A stretch of 64,000 bases of DNA from Lama guanicoe (Eukaryota). The stretch is from contig MU053994.1 in assembly GCA_013239625.1 (NCBI GenBank), positions 1,553,775-1,617,774 on the forward strand. The letters run 5' to 3'. Each line of letters starts with the position of its first letter. Within the stretch, counting starts at the first letter, position 1. The position numbers and the translations under genes are program-made. Below are positions 45,043 through 57,043 of this stretch, in pieces. The notes under the pieces are model-generated. The model saw only the letters and a program-made list of their open reading frames with translations, was not told the origin of the DNA and made no database searches.

Positions 45043-46116
45043 TGTCAGGGTAGATGAGCTCTAAGTGACGGAAAATGCCAACTAAGAGTGGTTGAATTTT
45101 CCTTCTTGTGTAAATAAGGTTCAGGGGTGGCAGTTCAAGGCTGAAAGGGTGGCTTCACAAAGTCAACAGGATTGAGGCTATTACTGTTATCATTATTAGT
45201 ATTGTATAATTTGAATGTGGTAAAATACACAGATCCTGATGGCACCCAGTTTGATGACTTTTGACAAATGTATACACAACGTAATCAACAACACAGCAGA
45301 GATATAGAACAGTTCCATCATCTTAGAAAGTTTATTCGTGCCCCTTTTCCTGCAACCACTCTCTTGACATCTGTCACCAGCGAGGGAGTGGTTAGTCTGT
45401 TCCAGAGTTCTATATAAATGGAGTCATACAGTATGTATTCCTTTGTGTCCAGTTTCTTTCACTCAGCATAATACTTTTGGGATTCACCCATGTGGTATGT
45501 CTCAGTTTGTATTGCTGAGTAGTATTCTATTGTATGAATACACTGCAATTTGTTTAATCACTTGTTGATGGAAATTGAGATTGTTTCCAGTTTGGGGCTA
45601 TAATGAAAAAAATCGTTATGAACATTTGTCTGCAAATCTTTGGGTGGACTCAGATTTTCTCTCTCTTGGGTAAATACTTAGGAGTGAGATTGCTGAGTGT
45701 AGTGTAAATATGAAGAAACTGTCATTTTTCCAAAGTGGTTCCACCATCTCAGGATCTTTCTATCTTGCTCCTCCACCAACCTGTGTACATGACTTCCACC
45801 TCATGGTATTCTATGGCTGCTTAAACTCCAGCCATCACATCCATACTCCAACCCCCAAGAGGAAGATGCAGGCAATGATAGGCCTCTCTTGTTTTCATAA
45901 CACTTCCAGAAGGCTTCACACTACACTTCTGCTTATATCCCACTAGCTAGAACTTAGTCACATGGCCACATCTAGCTGCAAGGGAGGCTGAGACATGTAA
46001 TTTTTATTCTGGAGACCCAAGCACCCAGCTAGATACTGGGGATTTTATGATTGGGGAAGAAAGTTTATTGGATGTTGAGGGGGGAGAAGCAGGTGGCCAG
46101 AAATCCTCTGCCAAGA
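45043..46116 (-). mobile_element. MaLR LTR (MLT1J-like) interrupted by an old L1
   Basis: 'gaacttagtcacatggccacatctagctgcaagggaggctgagacatgtaat'; 5' piece 45043-45178. Confidence 0.8.
45185..45748 (-). mobile_element. old L1M (L1MB/MC-like) 3' end
   Basis: 'tttgacaaatgtatacac', 'tataaatggagtcatacagtatgta' and 'gtttccagtttggggcta...tttccaaagtggtt'. Confidence 0.88.
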
Positions 46117-46528
46117 CAGGTGGCCAGAAATCCAGCAGGGACTATTTCTGTGTTGCCCTGGGAGGTTTCTCCAGAACCTGTCTTGGGCCTTGGCTCATGG
46201 TACGTGCTCAGTAAATGTTTGTGAATGATGGAAGGCGGGAAGGACAGAGCGAGAGACAAAGGAAGAGAAAAATAGCCCTGGCAGCCAGCCCCATGACTTG
46301 AGAAAGTTCTCTGGGATCCTTATGCTCATCTGACAAGAGGGTTGTTTTTAAAAGGCTTTCATAATTCTTCCATTTGGGAACTTGTTTCAAAACATCTCTT
46401 GGAGGCAATTAAATGTCATTGTGTGAATTGTCAAGAGAGTCCTTCAGTGGCCTGATAGGTAAGGGGTGGTTCGACTTTGTTATCTGATGGAGATAGTTTG
46501 GGCATTTTGTTTTTCGGCATAGAGTAGG

Positions 46529-46589
46529 GTGTGTGTGTGTGTGTGTGTCTGTGTGTGTGCGCGCGCGTGCATACACATACGTGCACACA
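46529..46589. repeat. (GT)n(GC)n compound microsatellite
   Basis: Read directly. Confidence 0.93.
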
Positions 46590-47878
46590 GGAACCCTTCT
46601 TTGGACCTTTTCCTGTCAGAGCCTCACCATTTGTGTGGTGATAAACTGTTGTCACCAAGGGCTCAGGCCTTGGATATTGAAATGAGGGCTGAAATGCCTG
46701 AGGGGAGGGAAAAAGAAGAGCCAGACAGCAAGGTTGTCGGAGAGCAGGGCTGCGGCCGCGGCAGGCAGGCAGGGGGAACTTGTGCAAGAGGCCTCCGTGT
46801 TTCCAGCCAGGCGCCCCTTCAGCAAATGAGGGGGTCATCAGGTTATGTTATTTTATGGTCCAAAAGCAGATACGGTCCGCTGCCTCCGCTCTACCCTGAT
46901 AATTTTGTTTTCCTGGCGGGTTTGCCATCAAGGATCTGACATGCCATTAGGTTTTTATCTCTGCTGCCCAAGGAGGGGCAACGGTGAGCGGGGGTCTGCT
47001 TTTCATTAAAGTGAGACTGGTTGCACGAGCACTTCTTTGAACAAAACAAGCACGGTTCATGACAAGGTTAGGGGAAGGCGGGGCGGAGGGGAGGTTATTA
47101 GTTATTACCTCTGCTTCCTTAGCGGGAGTGGGGGCTTCTCTCCTGCCGCGTTGGGCCCCCTCCCTGGGGAGCTGCAAACTAATTCTGCACTCGGGCCATG
47201 ATCCCCAGGCCTGCCTAAGAAGCGGCGCCTTTTAATCATGCCCAGTCATCGGGCTGATTCGGTGTCATCAACTGTTAGCCATTAGGGAACCGGCTGACAC
47301 CAAGAGAGGCGGGCCAGTGCTCGATCACAGCCCTGGAGGGGAGAGGACCAAATTGGCTGGAGGGAGCCCTCCCCAGCCTGCCAGGGACACGGGACTCCCG
47401 CCAGCTCTGAAGCTTCCACTGGTTTCTCTCTCCAAGTGAAAGCGGTGCTGGGGAGGAGGAAGGAGATGACTGGGGGCCCAGGCAGCTGTCAGCCCAAACT
47501 GTCTGGGCCCCGGGTGAAAGGGCCTGGAACGTTCTAGAGCTTTCATCTGCATTGCTTTCCTCGCAGCAGAACAAAACCAAGCTGAGACTCAGTCATAAGT
47601 CTGAGGGGAAAAATATTCCACAAATATTTTCATTTTTCCTTTATAGATGCAGGAGATGATGTTGGTGCCGAGAGAGGCCTCGGCTGTGTATGACTTTAGT
47701 CGGTCCTGATAAGGGCTGCTTTAGTGAAGCCAAACTCTCCGGGCCACCTTTTATGTCGTTTCCATCAGCAGCATCACACAGAGCTGATGCTCAGTGCGGC
47801 GTGTCAGGCTCCCACAAAACGTTGCCAACCTCAGTGGGACTCTGAGCCTTCCGCTGGGCCTCCCCTGCCCCCCTCCCC

Positions 47879-48117
47879 NNNNNNNNNNNNNNNNNNNNNN
47901 NNNNNNNNNNNNNNNNNNNNNNNNNNNNNNNNNNNNNNNNNNNNNNNNNNNNNNNNNNNNNNNNNNNNNNNNNNNNNNNNNNNNNNNNNNNNNNNNNNNN
48001 NNNNNNNNNNNNNNNNNNNNNNNNNNNNNNNNNNNNNNNNNNNNNNNNNNNNNNNNNNNNNNNNNNNNNNNNNNNNNNNNNNNNNNNNNNNNNNNNNNNN
48101 NNNNNNNNNNNNNNNNN
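47879..48117. other. assembly gap (239 N)
   Basis: Run of n characters. Confidence 1.
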
Positions 48118-48714
48118 CGGGTGCGATTCATAAGCACGGAAATTCTCTTAATCTCTGGGCTATGTGGTTTACTTCACCCAGGAATTCGGAGAGCTGCGTC
48201 CTCTCCCTCGCAAAGTGAATTATAACACGAGCATAGAATATTGATTCCAGGCGTGTGGAATTTTAATCCCTAAGTTCCCACGAAACGCTCCCGTCTGTGG
48301 CGAATTGGCCCACCCTTTCCGCGTGTCCCCCCAGGGAGGACAGACGACCCCCTCCGGCCACTGCCGTTCACAGTCCTTTGGGGAGGAGATCTGAACGCCC
48401 CCACATCTCACTCACATGACTGTCTCTGCTCTCAGGTGGGACGTGCAATTCTAGTTTGTATTTTGGGGTAGCCCGACATCCAGTGAGCATTTTAAAACCA
48501 CCCTGCTGCCAGCAAAGCCAGCGCCTGGCTGCCATCTTCAAAATGTCACCAGCCATTAACTGCAAGCGGGGATGAATTATGCTCATCGCCATCGCCAGGT
48601 GTGCTGGGGAGAACACATCGGGGAGGCAGCCTGCCATGCCCTGGGAGGGGATACCAGCTTCAAGCCCTGCCTGGGGCTGTCCCAGGACCACCAGCCTGGG
48701 TTGGCAGCTCAGTT

Positions 48715-49100
48715 GGGTTTATTGGGTATTCGCCCTTATGATCTGCCAGGCCTTGTGCCCGGCACTGTGATCCCCACAACACTATTTCCTGTTTCCTGGT
48801 GAGAATTGAGAGGCTCAGAGCTGTTAGATGCACTGCTCAAGGTCACACAGCCTGTGTTTGGGAGGAACTCATCTGCTACCGGATTAATCCTTTACCTACT
48901 TCTTTATAGTATGATATCACACCCAAAGAAGCTTCTGTCAACCTTCTGCATGCTTTTGACTGCATCCTCCAACAATATCAGCAGGCTTAGGCACCCACAT
49001 TATAATGATGACACAACTGGAGTCCAGAGAGGTGAAGTGACCTGGGCGAAGACACACAGCCGTGTAGTTGGAGGGAGAGTGGGCTTTGTAACCTAGAAGG
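48715..49100 (-). mobile_element. two tandem MIR fragments
   Basis: 'gaggctcagagctgttagatgcactgctcaaggtcacacagc' and 'cagagaggtgaagtgacctgggcgaagacacacagc'. Confidence 0.8.
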
Positions 49101-49219
49101 CCACAAACATTGACTGCCAGGTTTGTGCTAAACTTTGGGGACATCCAGTTGAATAAGATGCAGCCCCTGACCTCAGGACATTGGCAGTCACATGGGCCAG
49201 AGAGCAACGTATATGGTTA

Positions 49220-49420
49220 TAGTCGGCCCTCGGTATCCGACAGGGATGGGTTCCAGGACCCCTTGACAGACACTGAAACCCTGGGATGCTCAAGTCCCTT
49301 ACAGTCAGCCCTTATCTGCAGGTACTACATTGGTGGATATAGAGGGCCGACTGTATATTGAAAACAATCCGTGTATAAGTGGATCTTATGCGGTTCAAAG
49401 TGTTGTTTAAGGCTGAACTG
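49220..49420. mobile_element. TcMar-Tigger MITE (MER2B-like)
   Basis: 'agtcggccctcggtatcc...gttccaggacccc', internal inverted 'ggatatagagggccgactg', a Tigger2-type right end, and TA flanks. Confidence 0.85.
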
Positions 49421-49668
49421 TATAGGCAGATCCAAGTGTGGAATATTATTTGCATATGGCACGTGGTGCAGGAGCTCAGGGCTGCAGTGAGTCATTCACA
49501 GAGGAGGAGACCGTTGAGTTGGTCCAGGGGAGGATGGGGAGGTATGAACCGGTAGCGAGCAGAATTGCCTTACAGCACAGCCCCACACTACCGGCCTTTC
49601 TGGTAGATGGCCAATTTGCTGTGAACAACAGCCGGGTAATGTCAAACCGCCTGTCCCACCCTCTAACT

Positions 49669-49876
49669 CAGCTCTGCCCAGCAGAACTTTCCACAATCAT
49701 GGAAGTATTCTAGAACCGTGCTGTCCAATGTGGTGGCCCCCAGCCGCCTATCCCTATTGAACACTTGAAGTGTGGCTAGTGAGACTGAGGGACTGGATTT
49801 TTAATTCTATTTACTCTTAATTTATATTTCAGTTTCAAAAGCCACACGTGGCTAGTGTCCATGCAGGACAGCCCAG
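49669..49876. mobile_element. hAT-Charlie MITE (MER3)
   Basis: 'agaactttcc...gtgctgtccaat...cacttgaagtgtggctagtgagactgagg...gccacacgtggctagt'; flanks ctctaact/ctctggct (6/8 TSD). Confidence 0.88.
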
Positions 49877-50504
49877 CTCTGGCTGGTTGCCCCTAGCAGA
49901 GAAGGGGGACTCCAGGATCAACCTTGTCAGGGGATGGCTGACCCATCTCTGTGTGGATGGCAGCTGGACAGCAAAGGGGAGGAACCGTGGCTAGACACAG
50001 CCCTCACAGGAGCCCATCACACATCGGGCTGTTCCCGCTGTTCAGTGTTCCCTAGACTCACATGACCCGTGGGCCAGGCCCCCAGTTGTCACCACATCTC
50101 TTCCTCCTGGCTCCATCATTTCCTCTGAGGAGGCTGAGAGATGAGGTGCTGTGAGAGATCCAGTTCCCATCTCTGCTCAAAGGTGACCTTCCCCAGGGGG
50201 GACCCTCTCACTGGAGAAATGGGTCACTGGAACCTGGAAGGGAGCAGAAGGGCTGGATGTGGTGCCTGGAGGTCCGCCCTAGGTATGAAGGAGCGGCCGG
50301 AGGAGGGGTTGGTGAGGGGCTGCAGGCCTGGCTCTGGTGGATCACATAGCTTGCCCTGGGTGCCCTGGGACCAGGGTTCTCCACATTCGCACGAGCAAGG
50401 GGACTTGTAGCCATCTGCACTGGAAGAAATGCATCCAGCTTTGGGTTGTCTTTTCCCCTACGTGCTTGTTGAGGGCAACGTGGGAAATCGAGAAACATGA
50501 ATAA

Positions 50505-51308
50505 AGAAGGAAGTAGATCCAGAACTGCCCACTTCTTACCATTTCCACTGCCACTTCCCACCACCCCCACTCCAACCATAATAGTATCTGTTTTCACAGC
50601 AGCCTTCTGATGGGTCTCCCTGCTCCTGCCCTGGCCTGTCTGTAGCCCGTTCTCAACAGAGTGGCCAGAGGCATTCTTTAAGCACTAACCAGATCCAGTC
50701 ACTCTTTGCTTGTAACGCTGCAGTACTCCCCATCTCGTGTAAAAGCTGAAGTCCTTCCAATGGCCTGTGCAGCCCATACAGTCAGCCCCACTCTCCCTAG
50801 CCTCTCTGACCTTATCTATTATTCTCTCATCCACTGCCACAGGTCTGCCCCAACCACACGGGCTTCCTTACTATTCCTGGAACATGCCTGGCACAGCCTG
50901 CCCCAGGGTCTTTGCACTGGCTATCTCCCCTACCTGGAGCACTCTTCCCGCAGGCAGTTACGTGGCCCACTCCCAAGCTTTCTTCGTGCCTTTATTCAAG
51001 TGCCACCTTCTCAGTGAGGTCTTCCTTGGACACGTACTTAGATTTGCAACGTCACTCCTCCTTCGATTTCCCATTCGTTTCCCCTGGTCTCTTTCTTCCT
51101 AGCCTCATCAGCATCTGCCATGCTAGAGTTTACTTACTCGTTTGGTTAATTATCTCTCTCTCTCCACTTGAATGTGAGCTCTTTGAAGGTGGGGTTCTTT
51201 TCCTGCTTTATGCTCTATTCAACTTTCAGTGTCTAGAATGGTGCCTGGCACAATGTTGGCCATCAATGAATATGGGAATAATATTGAATGAAGGAATAAA
51301 TGAATGAA
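50505..51308 (+). mobile_element. L2 (L2a-like) 3' ~800 bp
   Basis: 'cagggtctttgcactggct', 'caccttctcagtgaggtcttcc', 'gaatgtgagctctttgaagg...gtgcctggcaca' and a (gaat)n tail. Confidence 0.92.
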
Positions 51309-51942
51309 AATCATCCATATCTCATCACCTAAAGATAATCACTGCTAAGCATTGGCTATATTCCCTTCCAGACTTTCTTCTACTGAGCCTCCTTTTGATT
51401 AAGTGGGAGTTCCATGGTTACCGAGAGAGTGCCGAGGAAAGAGTATGTTAGACAGCTCTCTCAGGATCTGTCTCTGCCTATGATCACCTTGGTGGAGGCC
51501 TGGGCCTCATCATGGCAGGTCCAGAAATCAATGCTTTTAGTTCTCTCAGAGATAATCAGTCTTTGAAGGGCTGACCTCCACTAACCAGACTCATAAGAAC
51601 CTGATGGATAAAACAAAAACCACTTTACTAATCCCTACCCCTTTCCAGTGGTCCTGCTATCAAAGAACCCAGAACACTACACTAGAAATCAGAGCTTCAC
51701 CTGACTGATTGCCTACAGGGGTTAAATTAAGATTTTAGAACCTCCAAACACTGAAAACATTATAGTGCTGGCACCATTCCATGTGTTATTCAAAATAAAA
51801 GTAATATTCAACTATAAAACAATGAAATTGCGATGCAAACACTGTTCCAGTTTTTCCCATTATAACAACTTCAGTGCTTTAATAATATATATATATTAGA
51901 AATCAAATAGCTTCTTTTAACAATCACCTTTTTCCCCTCCTG

Positions 51943-52477
51943 CTTTGTTGGTGCCCTGGGCATGTGCTTGGGATTCGTGTGAGACAGTCCAGCTCTGGTT
52001 ATCTCCCCAGCATGCTTTTCCTCATTCTTGCAGCAAAGGGACCCTGATTTTTCCCTTGGGGACCCCTCCTTTACTTTCAGCCAGACTGATTGGCCAGGGT
52101 GGACCTCCCCTCCACCTCCAGGGGCAGGGTCAATAAAATGTGAGGAGAAATTGGGTGAGACTGGAGAAAGCCTCGTGGGCAGTGTGCTGTGAAGATGCTT
52201 AAGAACTGGTGCTGAGTGGCATTCTGTTATTATAAGGGAAGTCCTGGAGCAAGTGGGGGTTGGAACCAACATGGCATAATTCAGAGAAGAGAGATAAGAG
52301 AAACCACGTCCTTGGTAGAATGATTTGTGCTGCTGGATCAAACTTCGCTTGAAGCCCACATTTCTGCTCAACTTTTTTTTTTTCCAGTTATGTGAACCAA
52401 TAAATTCCATTTGGGTTTTAAGTTAGTTTGAGTTAAATTTTCTGTCACTTAAAACCCAAAGTTTCCTAACAGATATA
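51943..52477 (+). mobile_element. MaLR LTR (MLT1K-like)
   Basis: 3' 'cagttatgtgaaccaataaattcc...ttttctgtcacttaaaacccaaagtttcctaac'. Confidence 0.8.
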
Positions 52478-52609
52478 CCTTAGAAACAAGAATCCTAGCA
52501 TAGAGAATTGAACAGACTTTAGCACCTTTCTAGATGTATTAAGACTGACACATTTTTACAACCTTTTCTTTTAGACTGTATGAAGACTGCTAAGAGATAC
52601 ATTATCTTG

Positions 52610-52765
52610 GTTGTGTTATAAGTAATTAGATCACTTTATAAACTCCATGAGGGCCAAAATTTGGTCTGTTTTATTTAGTGCAGGATCTGCAGCATCTAAA
52701 ACAATGACTGGCCCCCAGTAGGCACTCCTTAAATATTGGCTGCCTGAATGAATGAATGAATGATG
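52610..52765 (+). mobile_element. L2 3' terminus
   Basis: 'taaactccatgagggc...cagtaggcactccttaaatatt...tgaatgaatgaatgaatga'. Confidence 0.85.
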
Positions 52766-52939
52766 AAACTGAAACAGAAGAGCATGACCTGCCCCAAATC
52801 ACAGAGCAAGTTACTGAGATAATAAGATGGGAAGTCCAACATATTACCCCAACATATTACTTATAAACATTCTCAATATCAGAAAGAGGGGAAAGAACCA
52901 ATGTTTGCTGTGCTTTTCCCCCAGACCAGGAACAGTTTG

Positions 52940-53130
52940 GGTGTGTTTATAGCCAGCATCTTATTATCATCTGTGAATCCCCTACCAGACACATACAATA
53001 CCAAGAGCTGGACATTATTCTCTCAATTTACAAATGGGGAAACGGAGGCACTAAGATTTAAGCTACTGTCCAAGACTGCAAAGCTACTGTGTGGCAGAAA
53101 ACGCAGCTCAGCTTAAAGGGTTTCTGACAT
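52940..53130 (-). mobile_element. MIR
   Basis: 'tttacaaatggggaaacggaggcac'. Confidence 0.7.
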
Positions 53131-55665
53131 GGAAAACACTTACAAGGGTGCCCAGGATGGGATCACTTCTTGGAAGATTCTGCAGATAGCTGAAGTCATA
53201 GATTCCAAGTAGGTTTTATTAGATTCCATTTCAGAGGAATATTTTGTGATATTTTGTGACCTAGACCCTCAAATCTGGAGGAGACAGCCTCCCTGCAAAA
53301 ATTACACACGTGTGGGTGGGAGTGGGAGGGAGGGGAACATACAGCCGTGTGGCTGCTGTGATATCACCATCCGTACGAGCTGTGTGTTAGTACATGAGTG
53401 TGTGAACATGAGCATGCGTGTGTGTAAAGGAGTGTGTGTAGGGGGGGGTGCGCGCACACGTGTGGGTCTTTTCACATAGTCTCAGAGCTACAGGACTGTT
53501 ATTTCTGTGCTCTTGCCCTGGCGCAATGTAGACACATCACCATGAAGCCAAGTGATAAAATCTTCTGGTCACATCCAGCCACCCGAATGTGTTCCCAGCA
53601 TGGCCATAATTTAAGCAGAGCCTACTTACTGCGTCTCTGAACAACAACAACAAAAAAACAGCAGAAGAATCCGGGCACAGGTGCCTAGGAGAGCTCAAAA
53701 GAAACCAGATCAGAACTTGGATCCTACCTTTCCGAGTAGTGGGAATTCATACGCCGCCATCGCCTCAGTTGCTGTCCCTTGCTCCCCACGTGCTCCAAGT
53801 GGCTTCATTTAGTAGTGCTTCAAAGGGCCGAGGGGGTGACAGCGAGCTCAGCTCCATGGGAAGGGCCCTGTAGGGGGTCAGAAGGAGCCCCGGTGACACT
53901 TGGAGACCTTGGAAAAGCCTCTCCGCTCTCTGGGCCATGGTGCCCTCATTTGGGGAGGTGAGGGTGATGGATCCAGAACCTCCAAGCTCCCTGATTCCAC
54001 AGCACGAAAGCAGGAACTTTGGGTCACAGAGATGAGACATACTAAGACAGCGGCTCTTCAAATGGGGAAGACTGGGGTCTGGTTGGAATTGCCCACTGAG
54101 GGGCACCCATCATTCCGAGAGGGGCTCGAGGCCTCAGCCCTGGCCCGGTTTGAAGGCGGCGGGTTGGTGTTCTGAGGAGAAATTAGAAGAAAAGGAGTGT
54201 GGGTGGTGGGGGCTGGCAGGAAGGCCCAGACTTCCCAAACATGGACTCGTGCGGGGGGACTGCCTGTTCTCCCCACTTTGCAGGGAAAAACATAAAAGTG
54301 TGAGTGTGTCTGTGTGTGTACTTTTTTTTTTTAACTCACACAGGTCACAGGGGAAACTGAGAAAGTAAACATCTAAGAGACAGAAAAGATCTCTCTCCTT
54401 TCTGTTTTTTCTTCTGTTGAGCCAAGCGCTCCAGAAGGTATTGCAAAGGGTGGGGCCTGGGGCCTGGGAGAGAGCTGGGTGCTGTTAACACTCCTCTCCC
54501 GCCTTTGAAGGCGGCTGGGCCTCTCTGTAAACACAAGTGACTTCTGACTTCTCACAGCTCTAAAAATAATCAGAGTGTGGGGGTTCTAAATCAGAAACAA
54601 AGAAGAAACAAAGGGTTAATGAGAGGGCACGAGTTTGATGTTTCGTTGGATAAACACAGAGTCAGCTAGCAGCAAAGGCGCCAGGGGCTGGCCTTTGCCA
54701 GGAGGTAACCAGCACAACTTTTAGACCTTGAAATTCTGTGCATTGCTGTTTCTTCCTTGAATAGGAAAAGGGTACCTCACTCCCTGCTCTCTGGACCAGC
54801 CTCCTTCAAAACCGTTGCCCCTCCCTGGTAACTTCACCCCTCTCCCCGCACCACATCGAAGCCTCACTGTAAGATCTAACTCATACTAACTTGTGAGTGA
54901 CTGATATGACCTCAGCAGCCCCAGAAGCTCATGTTTAGGATAGGGCTCACTTCCTCCATTCCCCTTTGGCTGCATTCTCACAACACCCCCAAGGACATCA
55001 TTAACACGCCCATGTTACAGAAAAGGAGGTGGAGGGTGACCTTAACTTGTCCACAGTCCCAGCTCTAAGCAATCAGATCTGGGAGGCCAAACTCTTAACT
55101 TTCACTCCCCTGTATTTCAGACCAGGGGATTGACTAGTGAGGCGTTACCTAGAGACTGAGAGACCCAGGGCTAAGGTTCAGGGCAGTCATTCGCCGTGCC
55201 TCTCAAAGACTCACCCTCTCAAAAGAAGCAAGATGTTGTTCTCTAGTGTTAATGAACTTTGGGGAATGTCCCCTCCCCAGCACCCAACCGCACACCCTGC
55301 GCCAGGCTCTTTCAGGAATCCAAGCGCACACACACTCATCTGGCTGTTTGCAGTCTAACAAGTAGGCTCCTGTCCCAACGAAGCGTCATGTATCAGTGAT
55401 CCCACTGCATGTGCGATGCGTGTCCTGAGGGTGGGGGAAGTAAGGAGAGGAAACTAAGGGGCAGGAAAAGCCGGGTGGTTAATCACCACTGCGGGTCTCT
55501 TTACGAATCCCACTTAACTAGCAGGTCACAGCCCCCGACCTAGAGAGGGCACCGAAAGAATACTTGTTGAATGAATGCATAAAGGAATGAAGGGAGGAAG
55601 GGAGGAATGAACTTATGAACAAACTGAGCACTACCCCCCTTTTTCTTCAGCTGCATTCTCTAAGT

Positions 55666-55821
55666 CAGCGACACTTCCTCAGCCGGTGAATGCGTACCCA
55701 TCAGATGGCGCTGCGGATTCTGATTCGGCGTCGGGGGTGGCACCTGAGAGTGTGTGCAGCTAACCCGCTCCCAGGTGATGCTGACGCTGCTGGTCCGGGG
55801 ACCACGCTTTGGGTAGTGAGG
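55666..55821. mobile_element. hAT-Charlie MITE (MER5A)
   Basis: 'gattctgattc', 'cccaggtgatgctgacgctgctggtccggggaccacgctttg'; Charlie-type target flanks ctctaagt/gtctagac. Confidence 0.85.
55698..55712 (+). promoter_or_regulatory. candidate CTCF site
   Basis: CCATCAGATGGCGCT has one mismatch to the core consensus CCASYAGRKGGCRSY. Confidence 0.45.
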
Positions 55822-56664
55822 GTCTAGACCGGTTGAGTCTTACTCATGGCTGTTGTCACAGTTCAAGGTCACAAAAGCAGAGAGTCTCATCTTTTCCGTG
55901 GAAGTATTTGGAATCAACTTCTCCAGCCATTTCATCGGTGTTTGTTTGTTTTTATTTTTATGGTGCAGTTTTGGTCTGAGGGGTGTGAAGATTCCACCTG
56001 TGCTGTCTTTCATCTCATGATGCCAATAAAGCTTAAACTTCAGGACCCCTCACTTGTCCAGGTCCCCTTTTGGACATTTGCAGAAGTGTAAGTATCGTGT
56101 ATTTGGACAGAACTCAGGCCCTATGTGAGCCTGACTCCACCCTTTCACTTGCCCTAATGATTTCATAGAGTAGATTAATATTTATCTTGTGCCCATGTCT
56201 CTACCAGAAAGGAAAGGAAGAGAAAAGATAGCCACGAGGTTTAGGAAAATTGTGAAAGAGCATAATTCTTTGAGGAAGGGAAAACACACCTGTGTATTGA
56301 AATACGCAAACAACTAGCTCTGATTTATGATTCGTGCTGCCCGCCCGGGCCCGGGTAGGCACCTGTATTTGCAACCACTAATCTGGCCTTTAGTAAAAAA
56401 GTAATGCAAAGAAAAAGTTCCACCGGTGTCAGCTTGCTACCCTGTAAAAGTCCACGGACCCCATCAGCCTTGGGCTCCTGGACAAACAGGCTCGTCACCT
56501 GTGCAGGGAGGGCGCTGTGAGCCTATGACACAGCCACACCATGCGGACTGCCACGTCAGTGAGTTGCCTCTGCTCTACTTAATGGATTATCACAAGTGAG
56601 GCTACAGGGGTGACAAACCCCCAAATAGCTGGCTCCAGGTGTGGAAGCCACGTGGAGCCTGTGA

Positions 56665-57043
56665 CCAGGTATATTCAACCTTGGCTGCACCTTGGAATCA
56701 CCTGGGAAACGTGAACAAATATTGTTGCCTGGGTCGTAACCCCAAAGATTCAGATGGAATTGGTCTGAGACGTGGGCTGGGCGATGGCATTTTTTGAAGC
56801 TTCCTCCGGTGATTGCAATGTGCAGCCAAGGGTGGGAGTCATTGCCTCAGACCATGGGCTCTGGGAAGGAACCCAGGCCCTGGTTACTTGCAGCGAGGTC
56901 CTCAGATCAGCAGCATGAGCGCCGCCTGCCCGGCTTTTAGAAATGCAGGCTCCCAGGCCCAACCCTAGACCTACCCAATCAGAATCTGCATTTTTCACAA
57001 GACTCCAGGGGATTCGCTTGCCCACTGAAGTTTGAGAAACACT
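56665..57043. mobile_element. two tandem MER5-family MITEs (~56665-56846 and ~56878-57043)
   Basis: 'caaccttggctgcaccttggaatcacctggg...gtgcagccaaggg' and 'ttagaaatgcagg...aatcagaatctgcatttt...aagtttgagaaacactg'. Confidence 0.9.

Noticed and set aside
47724..48225. ORFs spanning the gap
   Set aside because: Artefacts of translating N bases.
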